Below are positions 1-9,809 of a DNA stretch of 29,531 nucleotides, one piece after another; position 1 is the stretch's first letter; each line of letters opens with the position of its first letter. The stretch is from an uncultured Lentimicrobiaceae bacterium (GTDB lineage Bacteria; Bacteroidota; Bacteroidia; Bacteroidales; WCHB1-69), in contig CAYZQG010000001.1 of assembly GCA_964480685.1 (NCBI GenBank), positions 1 to 29,531 on the forward strand, read 5' to 3'. The notes under the pieces are model-generated. The model made no database searches, was not told the origin of the DNA, and saw only the letters and a program-made list of their open reading frames with translations. The position numbers were made by a program, and so were the translations under genes.

Positions 1-1160
1 TATCCGGCTAACACATAATCGGAAATCCATATAGGAATCAACTGCTTATTAAATGGATTGATAGCATAAGCACCTGTGAATACGCCGCTTATTTTTTTTA
101 CTTCCGATAAACGATCGCGTTCGCTTCGATTTTTTGCCCAGTGGAAATATTCTTCTGTTTCTTTCTTTTTTTCGGAAGTAACAATTTTATTAATTAACTC
201 ATGTTCAGGCGATAAAACCATGAATGTTACGCCAAAAATCGTATCGGGACGAGTTGTAAACACATCCAATGTATTAGCATGTCCTTGAATAGGGAATTGA
301 ACAAAAGCACCTTCGCTACGCCCAATCCAATTGCGTTGAATTTCTTTTAACGAATCGGACCATTCTACCCTATTTAATCCTTCAAGCAAACGTTCGGTAT
401 AAGCAGTAATACGAAGCGACCATTGTCGCATAGATCTTCGTTCAACGGGACATCCCCCACGAACCGATGTACCATTTACCACTTCATCGTTTGCTAAAAC
501 CGTTCCTAATTTTGGACACCAATTTACCATACATTCCGATAAATACACCAAACGATAGTGCATTAGAACGGTTTGTTTTTCTTCTTCGGATTTCATTTTC
601 CATTCGTCAGCCGTAAATGTAATTGTATTGGTTGTTGCCATATCCAAACCTTCCGTTCCTGTAGCTTCAAAAGCTTCCACCAGTTCGTCTATAGAAATGG
701 CTTTTTTTGCCTGATTGCAATAAGCATGGTTAAATAATTGAATAAAACCCCACTGTGTCCATTTGTAGTAATCAGGATTACAAGTTCTTACCTCTCTATC
801 CCAATCAAAAGATAAACCAATTTTATCTAATTGCTCACGATAACGTTTAATATTTTTTTCGGTTGTAATCGCCGGATGTTGTCCGGTTTGTATGGCATAT
901 TGTTCGGCAGGCAAACCGTAGGCATCATAACCCATGGGATGCAATACATTAAAACCTTTTAAACGTTTGTAACGAGCAAAAATATCGCTGGCAATATAAC
1001 CTAAAGGGTGCCCGACATGCAAACCCGCTCCCGAAGGATATGGAAACATATCCAAGACATAAAATTTTGGCTTATCCGATATATTTTCGGCTCTATATGT
1101 TTTGTTTTCCGACCAAAATTTTCTCCATTTATTTTCTATCTCATTGAAATTATATTCCAT
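1..1160 (-). CDS. leuS: Leucyl-tRNA synthetase, N-terminal part (runs off the window start; absent from the ORF track)
   Basis: Manual translation from ATG at 1160: [16 protein letters not shown]...[24 protein letters not shown] (HIGH motif as HVGH)...[23 protein letters not shown]...[15 protein letters not shown]...NWIGRSEG...[11 protein letters not shown]. The frame is open to the window edge. Confidence 0.97.
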   Translation of the reverse strand, partial: MEYNFNEIENKWRKFWSENKTYRAENISDKPKFYVLDMFPYPSGAGLHVGHPLGYIASDIFARYKRLKGFNVLHPMGYDAYGLPAEQYAIQTGQHPAITTEKNIKRYREQLDKIGLSFDWDREVRTCNPDYYKWTQWGFIQLFNHAYCNQAKKAISIDELVEAFEATGTEGLDMATTNTITFTADEWKMKSEEEKQTVLMHYRLVYLSECMVNWCPKLGTVLANDEVVNGTSVRGGCPVERRSMRQWSLRITAYTERLLEGLNRVEWSDSLKEIQRNWIGRSEGAFVQFPIQGHANTLDVFTTRPDTIFGVTFMVLSPEHELINKIVTSEKKKETEEYFHWAKNRSERDRLSEVKKISGVFTGAYAINPFNKQLIPIWISDYVLAG

Positions 1161-1192
1161 ACGACTTATTTTGCTTTTATTTTTATGATATG

Positions 1193-1200
1193 CAAAGATA
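1193..1200 (-). promoter_or_regulatory. Bacteroidota sigma-ABfr -7 element (TATCTTTG) for leuS
   Basis: Exact TAnnTTTG match about 33 nt upstream of the leuS ATG. Confidence 0.7.
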
Positions 1201-1296
1201 CTCAATTCCTCGAAACAGATAAATACTAAGCAACAATTTTATAGCTTTTATTCTATTTTCCGACTATTTATTTACGACTTGTATAAGAAAAAAATC

Positions 1297-1304
1297 TACT
1301 TTTG
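1297..1304 (+). promoter_or_regulatory. -7 element (TACTTTTG) for the RluA-family gene, divergent from leuS
   Basis: Exact TAnnTTTG match 17 nt before ATG 1322. Confidence 0.7.
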
Positions 1305-1321
1305 CACCTTAATTCTATCCT

Positions 1322-2230
1322 ATGAAACAACCTATAAATAAAGATTCCAACTCAAAATATTTCCGTTTAAAAGTAATGGAGGACAGTCTTTTATTTGATT
1401 TTTTGAAAACCAAATTATCGCAACAAAGTATTTCTTCCATAAAATTACTTTTAAAAAATAAAAATATTTTACTCAATAATAATCAAATCATTACAAAATT
1501 TGATTATCTACTTAAATCCGGAGATGAAATTCGTATTATTTCCGATAAATCAAATAAAAACCAAGCATTTAGTCATCCTAAACTTAAAATTATTTTTGAA
1601 GACGATTCGATAATTGTTATCCACAAAAGAGAAGGTTTACTGAGTGTCGGCACATTAAAACATGAGGAAGAAACCGCTTATAATATTTTAAATAAATACA
1701 TCAAACTCACAAACAAACAAAATCGGATTTATTTATTACATCGTTTGGATAGAGATACTTCCGGTATCATGATGTTTGCTAAAAATCAAAGCATACAATC
1801 GCTATTGCAATCAAATTGGAATGAATATATTGTGGAACGGACTTATATTGCCATAGTTTATGGAACACCGGTTATTTCACACGACACGATTACCACCTAC
1901 CTTACCGAAGATAAATCGACAAAAATGCACTCGCATCAAAATGAAGTAGGTCAAAAAGCAATCACATCATACAAAACATTAAAAACAAATGGAAAATATA
2001 GTTTATTATCGCTTGAATTACAGACAGGTCGTAAAAACCAAATACGAATTCATTTACAAAGTATTGGAAATCCTATTGTAGGCGACCAAAAATATGGAAA
2101 CCAAAAAGACAAACAAGAACGTTTATTTCTTCATGCACAAATACTTGCATTTAAACATCCGATAACGAACGAAATCAATAGATTTGAAACTCCCATTCCG
2201 AAAAGTTTTTTAGAATGGCTTGAAAAATAG
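1322..2230 (+). CDS. RluA/RluD-family RNA pseudouridine synthase with S4-like N-terminus
   Basis: HRLDRDTSG catalytic motif, LQTGRKNQIRIHL and GNPIVGDQKYG. Confidence 0.95.
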   Translation: MKQPINKDSNSKYFRLKVMEDSLLFDFLKTKLSQQSISSIKLLLKNKNILLNNNQIITKFDYLLKSGDEIRIISDKSNKNQAFSHPKLKIIFEDDSIIVIHKREGLLSVGTLKHEEETAYNILNKYIKLTNKQNRIYLLHRLDRDTSGIMMFAKNQSIQSLLQSNWNEYIVERTYIAIVYGTPVISHDTITTYLTEDKSTKMHSHQNEVGQKAITSYKTLKTNGKYSLLSLELQTGRKNQIRIHLQSIGNPIVGDQKYGNQKDKQERLFLHAQILAFKHPITNEINRFETPIPKSFLEWLEK

Positions 2231-2236
2231 AATAAT

Positions 2237-4150
2237 TTAATATCTTATCAGTTTATACGTTCCCATGGATTTAGTTCCTTCTTTAACCACTAAAAAATAA
2301 ATCCCTGTTGAAAAGGAAGATAAATCAATGCGAAGGGAGTTGCCATTATTAAGAATTTCATTTTTAATAACTTTCCCATAAACATCAACCAACTGAATAT
2401 TAATAGTTGCTGCATCATTATTCTGTAATTGAACCATTACATAATCGGAAGCCGGATTTGGAAAAACCAACACACCTTTATCCGAAAGTTGAATATGTTG
2501 AAGACCCAAATAATTTTTTACGGCAAAATAATACTGATAATCCATTCCAAAATCACCATCAAACGATTTAAAAGGCAAAAAGGAAGTTCCGGCAGCATTA
2601 GCTTGTTTTATCGAAACCGAACCGGAAGTACCCTCCCCCTTTGGAGGCAAATTAGCCCAAAAACTTAGACCATCTTCACCCAAATCATGAATACGTAAAA
2701 CATAACAACCCTCTTGAAGTTCCATAATCTGCTGATATGCTGTATTTGCTGTTAAATTATTTTCATTTTGATAGCATACATTACCCCAAACATCCGAAAC
2801 TGTCCAAGAAGTTTCTAAGGGTGCATGATTGGTTTTAAAATCCAACCGAAATTTATTCACAGTTGCTTTTCTTGGCATTGTAAACGAGGAACTTAATTTA
2901 TTATTATAAGCTGTAGGATCCGTTTTCCCGTTAGGTTTACTTAATTCAAAAGTGAAAATTCCGGTAGTGGATGTAATTTCATTCCAATCGGGAACCGGCA
3001 AAATAACGGTATCTTTTTGCATAAAAGCCAGATTACCTTTCCAATGAAAGGTATTTGTACTTCCTCCTTCAAAATAATACTTTATATCTAAATCGGTTAA
3101 ATTATTGGCTCCTATATTTTTAACAACAATAATCGGATTTCCGCAAGTTGGATTATACCTTGTTTGCAAATAATCGTTGGTTGGAGCAATAATCATTTCG
3201 GCAGATACATCTTCTTGAAAATTAATATCACCGTAAGTTACCAATTCAACATGAGTTACATAATTACCACTTGGATCATACTCGATATCATAATCAAAAT
3301 TAATGGAATGGTTATTTATATATGGAGTTAAATCGAACTCTTGCAATGTTCCGCGTGTACCCGGACACCATCCCGCGCGATTATAAATCCATGTTCCTCC
3401 TTGAGGATATAAAGGATTATTAGAACAATTTTGAACAATCTGCCATTCCGCAATTTTAGCATTATTGGCTTTTACGGAATGAATATTTTCACAAAATTCT
3501 CCACAATTATTTCCCGTTCCAAAACCATGTCCGGTAACGGTTGTTCGTAATTTCACCGATTTAACCGATGTCTTTAATGCAAAAGTGGTATCGGTAACTA
3601 TGTTGTCAAAATCTTTTAAATTGTAACTCCCTTGCCAAACATTTTTAATTTCCAACACATTACGAGGTGGAGTTCCTTCAATAAATAGAAATTTCAGATC
3701 TAATTGTTCTTGAAAATTTCCATCTTGTAAGTGAACGCTATCCTTCAACAAATGAACAAAATCAGTTACATCATACACCCAAGTCCAACCATTTCCCAAA
3801 TCAATGCCATACCCGTAAGGAGTAATATAATTACCCAAACACCAATCAATAACCACTTCATTGGTATCTACATAATCACCTGTGTGCTGTTTTAATACGG
3901 TATTAAAAATATAATCCCATTCTCCACAAGCCGGATTCAAGCTATTGTCGCATTTTAAGGAATAGAGCATTAGAACTTTTTCGTAGGTTTTATTTCCATC
4001 TGGGAAAAGAAATTTACCATCACGAACAGTCCACGCTGCTTGTCTACCTTGATCGAACGTAAATGTTTGAACAATAGTGGTATCTCCGGGAGCACAAAAT
4101 ACAGAGGAAAAATACAAAACAAAAGATAAAACAAAAATATTTTTTTTCAT
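2237..4150 (-). CDS. Peptide-N-glycosidase F-related protein with signal peptide and T9SS C-terminal sorting domain
   Basis: Signal peptide, CGEWDY, ITPYG...YDVTDF, TGHG...CGEFC and GGTWIYNRAGWCPG motifs. The C-terminus VFPNPASD...GIYFLVV...YKLIRY is T9SS-CTD-like. Confidence 0.82.
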   Translation of the reverse strand: MKKNIFVLSFVLYFSSVFCAPGDTTIVQTFTFDQGRQAAWTVRDGKFLFPDGNKTYEKVLMLYSLKCDNSLNPACGEWDYIFNTVLKQHTGDYVDTNEVVIDWCLGNYITPYGYGIDLGNGWTWVYDVTDFVHLLKDSVHLQDGNFQEQLDLKFLFIEGTPPRNVLEIKNVWQGSYNLKDFDNIVTDTTFALKTSVKSVKLRTTVTGHGFGTGNNCGEFCENIHSVKANNAKIAEWQIVQNCSNNPLYPQGGTWIYNRAGWCPGTRGTLQEFDLTPYINNHSINFDYDIEYDPSGNYVTHVELVTYGDINFQEDVSAEMIIAPTNDYLQTRYNPTCGNPIIVVKNIGANNLTDLDIKYYFEGGSTNTFHWKGNLAFMQKDTVILPVPDWNEITSTTGIFTFELSKPNGKTDPTAYNNKLSSSFTMPRKATVNKFRLDFKTNHAPLETSWTVSDVWGNVCYQNENNLTANTAYQQIMELQEGCYVLRIHDLGEDGLSFWANLPPKGEGTSGSVSIKQANAAGTSFLPFKSFDGDFGMDYQYYFAVKNYLGLQHIQLSDKGVLVFPNPASDYVMVQLQNNDAATINIQLVDVYGKVIKNEILNNGNSLRIDLSSFSTGIYFLVVKEGTKSMGTYKLIRY

Positions 4151-4183
4151 ATTAATTGAATTAAACTATTAAAATTCAAATAA

Positions 4184-6103
4184 TTAATCATGGAACCGCC
4201 AAGAAGCTCCTACTTTAAAATTCAAGCCTTTCGCCGGATAATGCGGTAATAAATAATAGGTTTTTTGAAATACATCAGCTAAAAAATTTCCCAACACAAA
4301 ATGAAAATAAAATCGGCTTACTTTTACATTAGCAAAAAAATCGAAGTACCCATAATTGCCAATTTTCTTATCATTTTGGTAATAAAATTGCTGCATAACA
4401 GGGTTATATCCATTCGCATAAAAAGAAGTATTATATAACATTTCCAAACCCAATTGTAAAAACATAGCTTTTTTAAACATCGGAAATCCATAAAAGACAC
4501 TGCCTCTACCGGCAAACCACGGCATGGGTATATATTTTTGATCACAATATTGCACAAACATTGTGGCATCGAATCCAAATCCCTTGTATCGAAAAGGAAC
4601 CAAAGCAGCAAATTGCATGATATTGGCGGCTTTGTCTAATTGATTGGGCAACATATCTTCGCCAATTATCATGGTGTTTTGAAGGGTGTAATAATTTATA
4701 TCTACCTTATATTTATCATATTGCCATTCTAACCCAACTTGGAAATGTTGTTGCTTTTTTAAATTTTCATTTTTCCAATTATAGGTGTTTGCAAAATAAT
4801 TCGTATAAAAATAATCGGGTTGATATCGATAAAAATTTGAATTTATTGATAATGCGTGATATATATCTTTTTCGTTTTTAAATTGCCATGATAGATTCAA
4901 GCCTGCGGTAATATCGTTTGAATTATATCCGTGAAAAGAATATAAACCATTCAATTTCAACTCAAGATAGCGAATAATTCGAATATGTATATTAGTAAAA
5001 GGTGTTAAAGAATAGGTATAGTAATTAGAACAACTATCTCCCGTTTTACTGTAGGCATGCGATACTCCGAAGACTAAATGAACAAAATGGTTACGATTTA
5101 CTAATGAGGTATCATCATTCATATAATTTGTCCACATCAAGCTGTTTCTCAATTGATAAGAAGATAATGAATCAAACGTAAAGAGAGAATCGTAATTAGC
5201 AATATTATAATATTCAAGATTTAAATCATGATCGTTATATAAAGATTTTAATGTTGAAAATTCAAAATCATGAACAAGATATCCCAAATAGTAATAATTT
5301 GTTACATTAATGGTTTTATTTTTTGAAAGATTTAAATATTGTCTAAAAAAGACATCATGATCCTGATTATTACTTTGAGCATTTTCAAATTTCACAGATA
5401 TACTTCTCACTTTCAATCCCGTTTCAAACAAGGTATCGTTTTCAATTCCTCCATTCTCATTTAAAGAAAATAAATTAAAAATATACGCTAAATCAAACCC
5501 ATAGCGATTTTTATTCGTATGATAGGATACTCGTGTACCCACATTTATATCACGAACGGCTTGACGTACATAAAGTCCTTCGGCTATCATGGAAGTAAAA
5601 TCCAATTCAAACGAAAAATTATTTATGGTTTGAGCATGTACAACATTGAATAAATTTTCTTTTCCCGAAGCCCATTCATAATCAATACGCGTATAGGATT
5701 CGGGAGCATAATGCCATTGCCAGTTATCAAAACTTCTATGATATAATGTATAAGGCATTGTTTTATAAATAAATCCATGCGTTCTATGAAAGGAATAATT
5801 CATAGTATAATTGGCTTGACCTATTAATCCGGTTTGGGCATATAAATTACGCGAAGCAGATAAAATTTCAGCTCTATGTACATTGTAAATCGAAGTATCA
5901 ATCAACGAATAAGAATGTATTTCAGGATACCATTTATTATACGTATAGGAATAAGCCGGCACATAATTTTTAGACGATTTGTCTCCCATTGGAACGCTTG
6001 CCGTATCAGTTGTTGCCTTTTTCTGTGCATACATATTTAGGCAAAAAGAACATAAGAACGCTATTATTAAGTGTTTATTATTTAACATATAGTTATATTT
6101 CAT
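4184..6103 (-). CDS. Bacteroidota 'putative porin' outer-membrane beta-barrel protein
   Basis: Signal peptide, aromatic-rich amphipathic strands and a C-terminal FKVGASWRFHD beta-signal. YPMPW/LLPHYP-type motifs are typical of this family. Confidence 0.75.
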   Translation of the reverse strand: MKYNYMLNNKHLIIAFLCSFCLNMYAQKKATTDTASVPMGDKSSKNYVPAYSYTYNKWYPEIHSYSLIDTSIYNVHRAEILSASRNLYAQTGLIGQANYTMNYSFHRTHGFIYKTMPYTLYHRSFDNWQWHYAPESYTRIDYEWASGKENLFNVVHAQTINNFSFELDFTSMIAEGLYVRQAVRDINVGTRVSYHTNKNRYGFDLAYIFNLFSLNENGGIENDTLFETGLKVRSISVKFENAQSNNQDHDVFFRQYLNLSKNKTINVTNYYYLGYLVHDFEFSTLKSLYNDHDLNLEYYNIANYDSLFTFDSLSSYQLRNSLMWTNYMNDDTSLVNRNHFVHLVFGVSHAYSKTGDSCSNYYTYSLTPFTNIHIRIIRYLELKLNGLYSFHGYNSNDITAGLNLSWQFKNEKDIYHALSINSNFYRYQPDYFYTNYFANTYNWKNENLKKQQHFQVGLEWQYDKYKVDINYYTLQNTMIIGEDMLPNQLDKAANIMQFAALVPFRYKGFGFDATMFVQYCDQKYIPMPWFAGRGSVFYGFPMFKKAMFLQLGLEMLYNTSFYANGYNPVMQQFYYQNDKKIGNYGYFDFFANVKVSRFYFHFVLGNFLADVFQKTYYLLPHYPAKGLNFKVGASWRFHD

Positions 6104-7337
6104 TTGGCAAAATTACTCTTTTTTTTTCAAAAATTCGAAAATCTTGTTTGTTTCTCCAAGAATCTTCTTCATTGGCTAAAAAGTTCCTGATTGATTGTAA
6201 TTTATCTATTGTAGAAATATCAAAAGAAATCGGATTCATATCAAAGAATTTTAAAGGATAAAATGCTGTAAGATAATCTTGTAGACAAATTTCATCGGTT
6301 TTATTGATAGCAATTTGCCTATTTCGCAAAAACTGAAACAAGCGTAAGCCGTCAATTTTTTGATGAAAGGCTTTTGTAAACAGAGGAAGTGTCTTGTAAT
6401 TCGTTCGCAATTTACCCCATAAATCTTGTTCAATAGAGTTATAATTCAGAAATTCAATAAATTCCGAAACAATATCTTTATTGAAAATTTCATGCATACG
6501 TTGATAGGTTTCTGCAATAACATCGAACGATGAAAAATGAAAAATCGGATAGCGGTTAAAGTTATTGTTTTGAAAATCAGCAATGGCAGTTCCCGTACCA
6601 TAGAGCACTCTTTCCGAAATACGTGAAGACGGATAAACATGGGTATCGGTATATAACTTTAAATTCCCGTATTTTACCATTTTTTGCAAGAAATAAAAAT
6701 CCTCGCCGGCAGTTTGACCATCAAAACCTCCTATTGCGTTATAATCTTTTATCCGACAAGCAATTGCTGAACCAAAAGCCGTAAATGCATACGGACTATT
6801 AATACGCAACATATTAAGCATATAAGTTCGTAAATAGATTTCATATCGAAGTAAAGCTCTGTCTTGTATATCATTTCCACACAAAGAATGATAATATGGA
6901 ATATTCAAAGCAACAGCTTTCGGATTCGATTGAAAAGTTTCGACTATAGTTTCTACAAAACATTCATTAAACGTGGTATCGGCATCCATACTAATTAGTA
7001 TATCCGATTCGGAAGCCTGTTGTAAAATATTGTTTACAATCGTTTTACGTGCGATTCCAACCCCTTTTTTCTTTTCCGACCATCCCTTTCCTTGACTTGT
7101 TTTATCTATTACATGGATATTCAAATTTCGATAGCCATTTTGTAATCGAGATAATGTTAATTGATTACGGAAGCAAACAACTGATTTATCGTTTTTCCAC
7201 CACGAATCAGGTTGATTGACACATAAATAAACATATATTTTACCCTTAAATGTTTGGTCTGCTATGCAATCAAGCGTAGTAAAAAGGTAGTCGTTTTCAT
7301 CCAATACCGGAATTGAAAAATATACGGATGTCTTCAT
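6093..7337 (-). CDS. Glycosyltransferase family 2 (GT-A fold) protein
   Basis: GVGIARK, DADT (DxD), GSAIACR and AGEDFYFLQK motifs. It overlaps the porin start by 11 nt. Confidence 0.78.
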   Translation of the reverse strand: MKTSVYFSIPVLDENDYLFTTLDCIADQTFKGKIYVYLCVNQPDSWWKNDKSVVCFRNQLTLSRLQNGYRNLNIHVIDKTSQGKGWSEKKKGVGIARKTIVNNILQQASESDILISMDADTTFNECFVETIVETFQSNPKAVALNIPYYHSLCGNDIQDRALLRYEIYLRTYMLNMLRINSPYAFTAFGSAIACRIKDYNAIGGFDGQTAGEDFYFLQKMVKYGNLKLYTDTHVYPSSRISERVLYGTGTAIADFQNNNFNRYPIFHFSSFDVIAETYQRMHEIFNKDIVSEFIEFLNYNSIEQDLWGKLRTNYKTLPLFTKAFHQKIDGLRLFQFLRNRQIAINKTDEICLQDYLTAFYPLKFFDMNPISFDISTIDKLQSIRNFLANEEDSWRNKQDFRIFEKKRVILPNEI

Positions 7338-7408
7338 TCGATTTCAATCAAGGAAATAATCAATCATTGAAATTATCACCTTGTAAATATTTTGGTATTA
7401 ATCAAGCA

Positions 7409-7990
7409 TTAGCCATTAAAACGTTTATTAATTTCATCCCAATTAATAATATTCCATAAAGCATTTAGGTAATCAGGTCTTCTATTTTGATAATCAAGAT
7501 AATAAGCATGTTCCCAAACATCAAAAGTTAAAATAGGTTTCAATCCCTTTGTCATTGGATTTCCGGCATTGCTTTCTTTTACAATTTCCAATTTCCCTTC
7601 TTTATTTTTCACCAACCAAGCCCAACCGGAACCAAATAAACTGACTGCATTTGCATTGAATTCTTTTTTACATTCATCTAAAGTATTCCATTGTTTTTGA
7701 ATAGCTTCCAATAATTCATGAGAAGGATTTCCTTTCCCGTCAGGAGCAAATTGAAAAAAATAGAAGGTATGATTCCATACTTGAGCGGCATTATTAAAAA
7801 TTCCACCTTCCGAAGTTTTAATAATTTGTTCCAAATTTTGCTTTTCAAAAGCAGTATCTTTAATTAAATTGTTTAGATTATTCACATACGTTTGGTGATG
7901 TTTCCCATAGTGGAATTCCAAGGTTTTTTGAGTAATAACAGGTTCTAAATCATTTAATTCATACGGTAATTTAGGTAATTCAATAATCAT
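7409..7990 (-). CDS. sodB: Fe/Mn superoxide dismutase (Fe-type or cambialistic); start corrected to MIIELPKLPY at 7990
   Basis: HYGKHHQTY, NNAAQVWNHTFY, FGSGWAWL, NAGNP and DVWEHAYYLDY motifs. The longer 8062 start only adds a non-homologous 24-aa leader. Confidence 0.95.
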   Translation of the reverse strand: MIIELPKLPYELNDLEPVITQKTLEFHYGKHHQTYVNNLNNLIKDTAFEKQNLEQIIKTSEGGIFNNAAQVWNHTFYFFQFAPDGKGNPSHELLEAIQKQWNTLDECKKEFNANAVSLFGSGWAWLVKNKEGKLEIVKESNAGNPMTKGLKPILTFDVWEHAYYLDYQNRRPDYLNALWNIINWDEINKRFNG

Positions 7991-8072
7991 AAAGTTTAAT
8001 TTAAAAAAATGAAAGTGCCTCAATAAACTAAAACGAAAACTGCCGGCACTCTTCTTCAGCATTCGTTATCTG

Positions 8073-8080
8073 CAAAAATA
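8073..8080 (-). promoter_or_regulatory. -7 element (TATTTTTG) for sodB
   Basis: Exact TAnnTTTG match about 83 nt upstream of the corrected ATG. Confidence 0.65.
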
Positions 8081-8192
8081 CACTTTTAATTTGAAACTAT
8101 CAAGAAAACTTTTATTTCAGCAATATCTATTTAAACTGTCAATAAACCAATAAATAATAAAAATAAAACGAAAAAGATACGCAAAAAATGAT

Positions 8193-8200
8193 TACTTTTG
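8193..8200 (+). promoter_or_regulatory. -7 element (TACTTTTG) for the RluB-like/dapF unit
   Basis: Exact TAnnTTTG match, divergent from the sodB promoter. Confidence 0.65.
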
Positions 8201-8293
8201 CGAAATTCCATCATTTTGCGTTTAATAATTTTATTAATTACATTTTATGGATGGAATTTAGAGAAAATATTAAACATATAACACAGGAATAAA

Positions 8294-9805
8294 GTGGTTT
8301 ACATTAAAAAAAATAAGGAAACTCCGGGCAAGAAAACGACTGCTGACGAACGAAAAAGAACCCCCAGAAAAACGAACAAAAATCCGTTAAAAGATGCATT
8401 ATCTTCCGAACGACCGGATAAACGTAATGCCCGAAAAGATTTTTTTATTCAAAAAACATCCGATTCAACCTCGCGTGATGATAAAAAAACGACTTGGGGT
8501 AAAGCCGGTGATTCGCCACAACGCAAACAATATAACGACGATAATCCACATCGCAATAACAACAGACGGGATGACGAAAAACGCCCTTATAGACGCAATG
8601 ATAGCAAGGATTCCGACAGACCATCCCGCAACAATAACAGAAACGAAGACGAAAAACGTCCCTATAAACGCAATGACAGCAAGGATTCCGACAGACCATA
8701 CCGCAACAATAACAGACGGGATGACGAAAAACGCCCCTATAAACGCAATGACAGCAAGGATACGGACAGACCCTATCGTGAAAATAACCGACGAGAGGAT
8801 ACAAGACGTCCCTTTAAACGCGATGATAACAAAGAATCCGACAGACCATACCGCAACAATGACCGACGGGATGACGAAAAACGTCCCTATAAACGCAATG
8901 ACAACAACGCGTATGAAAAACCATACCGTGAAAAAAGAAATAATTACGATGACCAAGCTCCTACCGTTCGTAAAAGAAGAAGAAATGTTACCGCCGAATC
9001 GGAAATTCTTACCGATATTGTCCGTCAACGACGTTCGGAAGGTCGTGTAGGTGAACGCAAACCGATGATTCTTTCCTTAAATTGGAGTGAAGAACGCGGT
9101 CCTATTCGCTTGAATAAATACATTGCCAATTCCGGTATTTGTTCTCGCCGTGATGCCGATAAATTGATTGAAGCCGGAGCGGTAACCGTAAATGGTGTTG
9201 TTCTTACCGAATTGGGTACCAAAGTAATGCCTACCGATGAGGTTCGTTATGAAGATAAAATCCTTCAACGTGAAAAACCTGTTTACATTCTTCTCAATAA
9301 ACCCAAAGATTTCATAACCACTACCGAAGATGAAAAAGACAGAAAACATGTAATGATGTTGATTAAAGATGCTTGCGAAGAACGCGTTTACCCCGTAGGA
9401 CGATTAGACCGTAACACTACCGGCTTATTGTTATTTACTAACGACGGTGAGATGGCTAAAAAGCTCACTCATCCACGTTACGGTGTTCGCAAAATTTATC
9501 ATGTTGAATTAAATAGAAACTTAGAATTAGCTGATTTTGAAAAAATTGTCGCCGGAATTGAACTCAGCGACGGACCTATTGTCCCCGATGAAGTAGCTTA
9601 TGTAGGCGAAAGTAAAAAAGAAATCGGCATCACCATACATTCCGGTCAAAACCGAGTTGTTCGTCGTATTTTTGAACGCTTAGGCTATGATATTGAAAAA
9701 CTTGACCGCGTTTCCTACGCCGGACTTACTAAAAAAGATTTACCACGCGGACATTGGCGTTTTCTTAAAAAAGAAGAAATAAATATTCTAAAAATGAGTC
9801 TGTAA
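8294..9805 (+). CDS. RsuA/RluB/RluF-family pseudouridine synthase with a long charged, repetitive N-terminal extension
   Basis: S4 domain (RLNKYIANSGICSRRDAD), LNKPK, VGRLDRNTTGLLLFTNDG and GQNRVVRRIF. The GTG start is uncertain. Confidence 0.93.
   Translation: MVYIKKNKETPGKKTTADERKRTPRKTNKNPLKDALSSERPDKRNARKDFFIQKTSDSTSRDDKKTTWGKAGDSPQRKQYNDDNPHRNNNRRDDEKRPYRRNDSKDSDRPSRNNNRNEDEKRPYKRNDSKDSDRPYRNNNRRDDEKRPYKRNDSKDTDRPYRENNRREDTRRPFKRDDNKESDRPYRNNDRRDDEKRPYKRNDNNAYEKPYREKRNNYDDQAPTVRKRRRNVTAESEILTDIVRQRRSEGRVGERKPMILSLNWSEERGPIRLNKYIANSGICSRRDADKLIEAGAVTVNGVVLTELGTKVMPTDEVRYEDKILQREKPVYILLNKPKDFITTTEDEKDRKHVMMLIKDACEERVYPVGRLDRNTTGLLLFTNDGEMAKKLTHPRYGVRKIYHVELNRNLELADFEKIVAGIELSDGPIVPDEVAYVGESKKEIGITIHSGQNRVVRRIFERLGYDIEKLDRVSYAGLTKKDLPRGHWRFLKKEEINILKMSL
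8552..8926 (+). repeat. Five tandem 75-bp (25-codon) imperfect repeats within the pseudouridine synthase N-terminus
   Basis: Units start at 8552, 8627, 8702, 8777 and 8852. Consensus peptide RNNNRRDDEKRPYKRNDSKDSDRPY. Confidence 0.95.
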
Positions 9806-9809
9806 TTGT

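Noticed and set aside
76-1229. Plus-strand ORFs 76..288 and 1008..1229
   Set aside because: Antisense shadows of leuS, which occupies 1-1160 on the minus strand.
7341-7373. ATTTCAAT/ATTGAAAT inverted repeat between sodB and the GT2 gene
   Set aside because: Only 8 bp, nearly all AT, with a 17-nt spacer. This is expected by chance at this base composition.
8552-8926. Tandem repeat as a CRISPR array
   Set aside because: The units are contiguous with no unique spacers, are a multiple of 3, lie in frame within a CDS, and have no cas genes nearby.
8394-9050. Long overlapping ORFs (8394..9050 +, 8445..8804 -, 8465..9028 -), including a Cys-rich one
   Set aside because: By-products of the 75-bp coding repeat, which lacks stops in several frames. 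They have no independent start context.
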